IMG/VR virus record: IMGVR_UViG_3300029309_000028
Span: 1-61,398 of that record
Origin: a virus
Taxonomy: Duplodnaviria; Caudoviricetes
Direction: 5' to 3' (one strand)
Length of the DNA: 61,398 bases
Part shown: in pieces, positions 55,242 to 61,398 of the stretch
How the letters are laid out: each line of letters begins with the position of its first letter
Numbering within the stretch: position 1 is the first letter of the stretch
Position numbers and translations under genes: made by a program
Notes under the pieces: generated by a model
What the model saw: only the letters and a program-made list of their open reading frames with translations
Told to the model about the DNA's origin: nothing
Databases searched by the model: none

Positions 55242-57665
55242 ATGGCAGAGTCTGTTATAAAAAGTTATTTTCCAAGTCAAGTTGTAAGTGATGCTGAAAA
55301 GCTAAGCTATGATTATGGTTTAAAAGTTGCTAAAGCTATTGAAACAGAGTGGTTTTACAATGACTATAATCAAACTAGATATACAACTAATAAAAACAAT
55401 TATCATAATTTAAGATTATACGCTAGAGGTGAACAGTCAATACAAAAGTATAAAGACGAATTATCTATAAACGGTGATTTAAGCTACTTAAATCTTGATT
55501 GGAAACCTGTACCTATAATACCTAAGTTTGTTGATATAGTAGTTAACGGTATAGCTGAGCGTACTTATGATATAAAAGCTTACTCGCAAGATCCTTATGG
55601 TATAGAAAAAAGAACTCAATACATGGAGTCTATATTAGGTGATATGAGAAGTGTTGATTTAAACGAGTTTACTGAACAAGCTTTTGGTATACAAATATCT
55701 GAAAACGATCCTGAAACTTTACCTGAATCTGAAGAAGAGTTAGCGTTACACATGCAGCTTACTTATAAACAAGCTGTAGAGCTAGCAGAAGAACAAGCTT
55801 TAAACGTTTTAATGGAAGGTAGTAAGTACGAGTTAATTAAAAAACGTTTTTATTACGACTTAACAGTACTTGGTATTGGTGCTGTTAAAACAGATTTTAA
55901 TACTTCTGAAGGTGCAACTATTAAGTACGTTGACCCAGCAGACTTAATTTATTCGTATACAGAATCACCTTATTTTGAAGACTTGTATTACGTTGGTGAA
56001 GTTAAATCTATACCTGTAAATGAACTTGCTAAAGAGTTTCCTTTTTTAGAGCAAGAAGATTTAGAAGATATAGTAAAAAATAAAAGTTATAGTCAATCAA
56101 ATTACAACGAAGGCTCTTTTAATCGTAGAGAAATAGATAATAATAAAGTTCAAGTTTTATATTTTAACTATAAAACTTATATGAACGAAGTTTATAAAGT
56201 AAAAGAAACTGGTAGTGGCGCTGAAAAAGCTATAGAAAAAGATGACACGTTTAATCCGCCAGAAGATAAAGAAGGTAATTTTACAAGATTACAAAGAGCT
56301 ATAGAAGTTTTATATGAAGGCGCTTTAATATTAGGTACTAATAAACTTTTAAAATGGCAATTGTCTAAAAACATGATGCGTCCTAAAAGTGATTACAACA
56401 AAGTAAAAATGAACTATGCTATTGTAGCGCCTCGTATGTATAAAGGTAAAATAGAAAGTTTAGTAAGACGTATTACTGGTTTTGCTGATATGATACAGCT
56501 TACTCATTTAAAATTACAGCAAGTTATGCAACGTATGATACCAGATGGTATTTATTTAGACGCCGATGGTCTTGCTGAAATAGATTTAGGTAATGGTACT
56601 AACTACAACCCACAAGAAGCTTTGAATATGTTTTTTCAAACTGGTTCTGTAATTGGTAGATCATTAACTTCTGAAGGTGATATGAATCCTGGTAAAGTGC
56701 CAATACAAGAAATAACAAGTGGTAGTGGTGGTAATAAAATACAAGCTTTAATAGCAAATTACAATTACTATTTACAAATGATTAGAGATACAACTGGTCT
56801 TAACGAAGCAAGAGATGGTAGTTTACCTGACAAAAACGCTTTAGTAGGTGTTCAAAAATTAGCTGCAGCCAATAGTAACACGGCTACAAGACATATACTA
56901 CAGTCTGGTTTATTTTTAACTTCTGAAGTAGCTGAGCAATTATCACTTAGAATATCTGATATAATAGAATACTCACCAACAAAAGATGCTTTTATACAAG
57001 CTATAGGCGCTCATAATGTAGCTACGTTAGATGAAATGTCTAACTTACACTTGTATGATTTTGGTATATTTATAGAATTATCACCAGATGAAGAAGAAAA
57101 AGCTTTATTAGAAAACAATATACAACAAGCTTTAGCTCAGCAAAGCATAGAGCTTGAAGACGCTATTGATTTAAGAGATATTAAAAATGTAAAGCTAGCT
57201 AATCAACTTTTAAAAATTAGAAGAAAAAAGAAACAAGAAAGAGATCAAATAGCTCAACGTATGAATATACAAGCTCAAGCTCAAGCTAATGCTCAAGCGC
57301 AGCAGGTTGCAGCTCAAGCTGAAGTTCAAAAAAACCAAGCTAACGCTCAAGTTCAAGCTCAGCTAGAACAAATTAAAGCTCAGCTTGAAGCTCAAAAACA
57401 AGCACAAGAAGTTGAGTATAAAAAAGAGTTGATGCAACTAGAGTTTCAAATGAACATGCAGTTAAGAAGTATAGAGGTTGATGCTCAAAAACAAAAAGAA
57501 ACTGAAAAAGAAAATCGTAAAGATGAAAGAACAAGAATACAAGCAACTCAACAAAGTGAGTTAATTGATCAAAGAAAAGGTGATAAACCACCTAAAAACT
57601 TTGAGTCTGCAGGTAATGATATACTTAGTGGAGACTTTGATTTAGGTACGTTTGATCCTAGATAA
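55242..57665 (+). CDS. Portal protein
   Basis: Follows terL; LDWKPVPIIPKFVDIVVNG, TGLNEARDG, Q-rich C-terminal barrel. Confidence 0.85.
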   Translation: MAESVIKSYFPSQVVSDAEKLSYDYGLKVAKAIETEWFYNDYNQTRYTTNKNNYHNLRLYARGEQSIQKYKDELSINGDLSYLNLDWKPVPIIPKFVDIVVNGIAERTYDIKAYSQDPYGIEKRTQYMESILGDMRSVDLNEFTEQAFGIQISENDPETLPESEEELALHMQLTYKQAVELAEEQALNVLMEGSKYELIKKRFYYDLTVLGIGAVKTDFNTSEGATIKYVDPADLIYSYTESPYFEDLYYVGEVKSIPVNELAKEFPFLEQEDLEDIVKNKSYSQSNYNEGSFNRREIDNNKVQVLYFNYKTYMNEVYKVKETGSGAEKAIEKDDTFNPPEDKEGNFTRLQRAIEVLYEGALILGTNKLLKWQLSKNMMRPKSDYNKVKMNYAIVAPRMYKGKIESLVRRITGFADMIQLTHLKLQQVMQRMIPDGIYLDADGLAEIDLGNGTNYNPQEALNMFFQTGSVIGRSLTSEGDMNPGKVPIQEITSGSGGNKIQALIANYNYYLQMIRDTTGLNEARDGSLPDKNALVGVQKLAAANSNTATRHILQSGLFLTSEVAEQLSLRISDIIEYSPTKDAFIQAIGAHNVATLDEMSNLHLYDFGIFIELSPDEEEKALLENNIQQALAQQSIELEDAIDLRDIKNVKLANQLLKIRRKKKQERDQIAQRMNIQAQAQANAQAQQVAAQAEVQKNQANAQVQAQLEQIKAQLEAQKQAQEVEYKKELMQLEFQMNMQLRSIEVDAQKQKETEKENRKDERTRIQATQQSELIDQRKGDKPPKNFESAGNDILSGDFDLGTFDPR

Positions 57666-57693
57666 AATTTATTAATTATTATTATATTATATT

Positions 57694-58905
57694 ATGGCAA
57701 AAAAACAAAAAGAAAAAGTAGCTGAAAAAGCTACTGATAATATTACTAAGGTAGATCTTAGTACAAAAAAAGAAACAAAAGATGATAATATCATCAAAGT
57801 AGATTTAAATAACCCACCAAAAAAAGAAGAAAATGCCGTTTCAGAGCAAAGCACAGATGAGGTTCCTGTACGCGACAAACCCGAGACTAGCGGAGAAGTT
57901 CAGGAAGAAAACGAAAAAGTCGTTGAAGAAGTTACCGGAGAAAGTGAAAAATCCGATACCGTTCAAGATGAACAACCCGTTATTGAAGAAGTAACAGATG
58001 AACAGGTTGAAGAACAAACAGAAGATCTAGTTGAAGAAACTAAAGAAGCTATAGCTGAAGCTGAAGAAACAGGTAAAGAACTTCCAGAAAATATACAAAA
58101 GCTCATGGATTTTATGAATGAGACTGGTGGTGATGTTGAAGATTATGTTAGGTTAAATCAAGATTATAGTAAATACGATGACAATAGCGTGTTAAGAGAA
58201 TACTATAGACAAACTAAAAAACATCTTACAGACGAAGAAATTAATTTTTTAATGGAAGACTCTTTTTCATACGATGAAGAAGAAAATACTGAAAGAGAAA
58301 TAAAAAGAAAAAAACTAGCGTTTAAAGAGCAAGTTGCCAGCGCTAGAAGCCACTTAGACGGGCAAAAGTCTAAATACTATGAAGAAATTAAAGCTGGGTC
58401 AAGGTTGACCTCTGAACAACAGAAGGCTGTTAACTTCTTTAATAGATACAACAAAGAATCAGAAGAGAATAAAAAAGTTGTAGAACGTCAAACAAATGCT
58501 TTTAAATTAAAAACTGACAGTTTATTTAATAAAAACTTTAAAGGTTTTAGTTATAATGTTGGTGATAAAAAGTATAGGTTTAATGTTAAAAATACAAACG
58601 AGGTAAAAGAAACTCAAAGCGACATTAATAATTTTGTAAAGAAGTTCTTGAACAAAAATAATGAAATGGAAGATGCTGCGGGTTATCACAAGTCTTTGTT
58701 TACGGCAATGAACTCTGATGCTATTGCTAAACACTTTTATGAACAAGGTAAAGCTGATGCTTTAAAAGAAAGTATAGCTAAATCTAAAAACGTTGATATG
58801 GCACCAAGACAAGCTTTTGGTAAAATTGAAGCCGGAGGTGTAAAAGTAAAAGTATTAGGTGATAACTCTAATGATTTTAAGTTTAGAATTAAAAACAATA
58901 AATAA
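57694..58905 (+). CDS. Capsid scaffolding protein
   Basis: Highly acidic N-terminal half; lies between portal and capsid genes. Confidence 0.7.
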   Translation: MAKKQKEKVAEKATDNITKVDLSTKKETKDDNIIKVDLNNPPKKEENAVSEQSTDEVPVRDKPETSGEVQEENEKVVEEVTGESEKSDTVQDEQPVIEEVTDEQVEEQTEDLVEETKEAIAEAEETGKELPENIQKLMDFMNETGGDVEDYVRLNQDYSKYDDNSVLREYYRQTKKHLTDEEINFLMEDSFSYDEEENTEREIKRKKLAFKEQVASARSHLDGQKSKYYEEIKAGSRLTSEQQKAVNFFNRYNKESEENKKVVERQTNAFKLKTDSLFNKNFKGFSYNVGDKKYRFNVKNTNEVKETQSDINNFVKKFLNKNNEMEDAAGYHKSLFTAMNSDAIAKHFYEQGKADALKESIAKSKNVDMAPRQAFGKIEAGGVKVKVLGDNSNDFKFRIKNNK

Positions 58906-58925
58906 CAATTTAAAATTACAAAATT

Positions 58926-60416
58926 ATGGCAATTACTGCAGGAAGTTTGTTGAATAGCGTTGCTGCACCAGTGCAACAAGCGTTAGCATCAAACTATTTA
59001 GATTTAGCGTCAACAGCAAACCAAGGCTGGGCGCAACAATACGTGCCAGATCTTATGGAGAAAGAAGCTGAAGTTTTCGGTAAAAGAACAATTTCAGGTT
59101 TTCTTTCACAAGTAGGAGCTGAAGAGGCTATGACAGCTGATCAAGTTGTCTGGTCTGAACAATCAAGATTACATTTATCATATATCGGTACTTTAGACGT
59201 AGACGGTGATACTAATGGTACATTTGAGGTTGTTTCTGATATTGACGGAAACACAACTGTAGCAGATAACAATCACGGTATTAGAGTTAACGACATGGTG
59301 TTAATAGCGCAGGCTGGTACTGTTGTTAAAGCACTAGTTGTTGAAACTCCAGCTTCAGATACAGTTACAGTTGAGCCTTATGCTACAGCTGCTTTAAGTA
59401 CTTTAGCTGATGGAACTGCTACTTTATTAGTTGTAGGTTCTGAGTTTGGTAAAGGTCAGTCTTACTCTGATATTACTGGAACTGCTGCTGCTGAAAAAAG
59501 AACAGCTTTAGAGCCTCAGTTTAAATCTTTCAACAATAAACCAATTATCATTAAAGATAACTACACAGTGTCAGGATCTGACGCGTCTAGAATTGGTTGG
59601 GTTGAAATTTCTGGAGAAGAAGGACAAAGCGGTTACTTATGGTACTTAAAAGCTGAAGGTGACACAAGAGCTAGGTTTACTGATTACTTAGAAATGACTA
59701 TGCTAGAAGCTGAGAAAACAGCTGCTGCATCTGTCATTGGTTTTGCTGATGGTCAAATTAGAGGATCTGCTGATTCTGGTGCTGGTGGTTCTGGTACTGA
59801 AGGTTTATTCGCTGCTATTGAGTCTAGAGGTAACGTTACTTCAGGTATAACTGGTGTTAACGCTGCTACTGATTTAGCTGAGTTCGATGCAATATTAGCT
59901 GAGTTTGATAAGCAAGGCGCTATTGAAGAAAACATGATGTTCGTAAACAGAGCTACTAGTTTAGCTATTGACGATATGTTAGCTTCAATGAACTCTTATG
60001 GAGCTGGTGGTACATCTTACGGTGTATTCGACAACTCTGAAGACATGGCGTTAAACTTAGGTTTCTCTGGTTTCAGAAGAGGTTCTTATGACTTCTACAA
60101 ATCTGACTTCAGATACTTAAACGACAAAGCTACAAGAGGTGGTATTAATGACAGAGCAGGTAGCGCAGCTATCAGAGGTGTTATTATACCAGCTGGTGTA
60201 TCTTCAGTTTACGATGAGCAACTAGGTAAAAACATGAAAAGACCTTTCTTACATGTAAGATTTAGAGCTTCACAAACTGATGACCGAAGAATGAAAACTT
60301 GGGTTACTGGTTCTGTAGGTGCTGCTACATCTGCCTTAGATGCAATGCTAATACACTACTTATCAGAAAGATGTTTAGTTACTCAAGGTGCTAACAACTT
60401 TATGTTAATGAAGTAA
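58926..60416 (+). CDS. Major capsid protein
   Basis: Position after scaffold; high-expression codon usage; followed by a strong terminator. Confidence 0.85.
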   Translation: MAITAGSLLNSVAAPVQQALASNYLDLASTANQGWAQQYVPDLMEKEAEVFGKRTISGFLSQVGAEEAMTADQVVWSEQSRLHLSYIGTLDVDGDTNGTFEVVSDIDGNTTVADNNHGIRVNDMVLIAQAGTVVKALVVETPASDTVTVEPYATAALSTLADGTATLLVVGSEFGKGQSYSDITGTAAAEKRTALEPQFKSFNNKPIIIKDNYTVSGSDASRIGWVEISGEEGQSGYLWYLKAEGDTRARFTDYLEMTMLEAEKTAAASVIGFADGQIRGSADSGAGGSGTEGLFAAIESRGNVTSGITGVNAATDLAEFDAILAEFDKQGAIEENMMFVNRATSLAIDDMLASMNSYGAGGTSYGVFDNSEDMALNLGFSGFRRGSYDFYKSDFRYLNDKATRGGINDRAGSAAIRGVIIPAGVSSVYDEQLGKNMKRPFLHVRFRASQTDDRRMKTWVTGSVGAATSALDAMLIHYLSERCLVTQGANNFMLMK

Positions 60417-60426
60417 ATCATTATTT

Positions 60427-60460
60427 AAAAGTCGGGGCTTCGGCCTCGACTTTATTTTAT
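60427..60460 (+). terminator. Intrinsic terminator after the capsid gene
   Basis: AAAAGTCGGGGC-TTCG-GCCTCGACTTT then ATTTTAT. Confidence 0.85.
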
Positions 60461-60482
60461 TAATTTTATTATATATTATATT

Positions 60483-61337
60483 ATGGCAAAAAAGAAAACA
60501 AAAGTGGAAGTTGAAGAAACTCCACAAGTAGTTGAAACACCGGTTGTTGAAACACCGGTTGTTGAAACACCAAAACAAAAAAGAACTGGACCAACTTATA
60601 AAAAAACAAACGACGGTTGGGAAATAAAAAATAGAATATACAGATTAAAAGGAGGTAAAAAACCTTTATCAAGATCTATTAGATCAGCAAACATATACTG
60701 GTTTGACGAAGAACTAGGTTATGAAAGAGAATTAAAATATTGTGAAAATCAAAAAACACAGTTTGTTGATGAGATGAAAGGTGATCAAAGATTGTCTCAC
60801 ATTATATTTAGAAACGGTATGTTGATTGTTGAAAAAGAAAAAACAGTTTTACAAAAACTACTTTCTTTATATCACCCTGATAATAACGTTTTGTTTTATG
60901 AAGAAAAACCAGAAGTTAACGCTTCTAATGAAATAGATATTTTAGAAATGGAAGCAGATGCAATATTAATGGCTAGAGAGTTAGACATTGATTTAGCTGA
61001 AGCTATAATGAGAGTTGAGATTGGTTCTAAAGTGTCTAAGATGAGTTCTAAAGAGCTTAAAAGAGACTTGTTGTTGTTTGCTAGAAACAACCCTGCTTTG
61101 TTCTTAGAATTAGCTTCTGATGACAACGTTCAACTTAGAAACTTTGGTATAAAAGCTGTTGAGCTTAAAATTATTAAATTAACTACAGATCAAAGAAAGT
61201 TTTTATGGGCTTCTAATGATAGAGTTATTATGACAGTTCCTTTTGATGAGCATCCATACACTGCTTTAGCGCATTGGTTTAAAACTGATGAAGGTATGGA
61301 AATATATGCAAATATAGAAAAACGATTAAATAATTAA
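60483..61337 (+). CDS. Conserved phage protein with N-terminal VVETP repeats
   Basis: 284 aa; 15-bp tandem repeat at about 60528-60572. Confidence 0.65.
   Translation: MAKKKTKVEVEETPQVVETPVVETPVVETPKQKRTGPTYKKTNDGWEIKNRIYRLKGGKKPLSRSIRSANIYWFDEELGYERELKYCENQKTQFVDEMKGDQRLSHIIFRNGMLIVEKEKTVLQKLLSLYHPDNNVLFYEEKPEVNASNEIDILEMEADAILMARELDIDLAEAIMRVEIGSKVSKMSSKELKRDLLLFARNNPALFLELASDDNVQLRNFGIKAVELKIIKLTTDQRKFLWASNDRVIMTVPFDEHPYTALAHWFKTDEGMEIYANIEKRLNN
61237..61331 (+). repeat. Terminal repeat, copy of 1-95
   Basis: Exact match. Confidence 0.95.
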
Positions 61338-61343
61338 TCAAAC

Positions 61344-61380
61344 TGTAGAGGTGATCGCCCTACGGGGCGATTACACTACA
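61344..61380 (+). other. Variant stem-loop with UACG tetraloop, homologous to 108-145
   Basis: TGTAG-AG-GTGATCGCCC-TACG-GGGCGATTAC-A-CTACA. Confidence 0.75.
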
Positions 61381-61398
61381 ATTAAAAAAATATGGCAA

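Noticed and set aside
1-61398. Stop-codon reassignment, introns/inteins or an integrase
   Set aside because: Genes are intact and densely packed in the standard code; no suppressor tRNA, split core gene or recombinase motif recognised

Overview
The window is an essentially complete ~61.2 kb genome of an AT-rich tailed dsDNA phage: bases 1-95 recur exactly at 61237-61331. It has podovirus-type morphogenesis genes with crAss-like terminase, portal and capsid motifs. The host is most likely a marine Bacteroidota (flavobacterium), judged from A-rich Shine-Dalgarno-less starts, a Bacteroidota-type tRNA-Ala, an Hc1-like histone and a T9SS-like C-terminal domain. There are two transcription arms. 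The + strand late arm (44830 to the end, then 1-29573) holds GroEL/GroES, holin, terminase, portal, scaffold, capsid, tail ring and muzzle, ejection proteins, envelope proteins, small basic proteins, tail fibre and an M15 endolysin. The - strand early/replication arm (44352 down to 29607) holds small early genes, tRNA-Ala, ligase, an HTH protein, a sigma factor, ERF, an exonuclease, SSB, primase-helicase, a T4 gp42-like dCMP hydroxymethylase homologue, MazG-like proteins and class II RNR. I recognise no DNA polymerase. The best candidate for an undescribed system is a two-sigma transcription cascade. A sigma70 region-2-like domain sits inside the 2217-aa virion polyprotein, next to an HExxH protease and flanked by repeated x-x-[FM]-[SN]-K linkers. 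Six fixed-spacing non-canonical early promoter-like motifs (TACAAA-N5-TACGA-N8-GGATAATA) precede early genes, and a second motif class probably serves the stand-alone phage sigma. Other notable items are a probable modified-cytosine pathway, a duplicated palindromic operator, a minimal tRNA-like RNA and a shared leader on small basic proteins. All functional calls come from motif recognition by eye; no searches were run.
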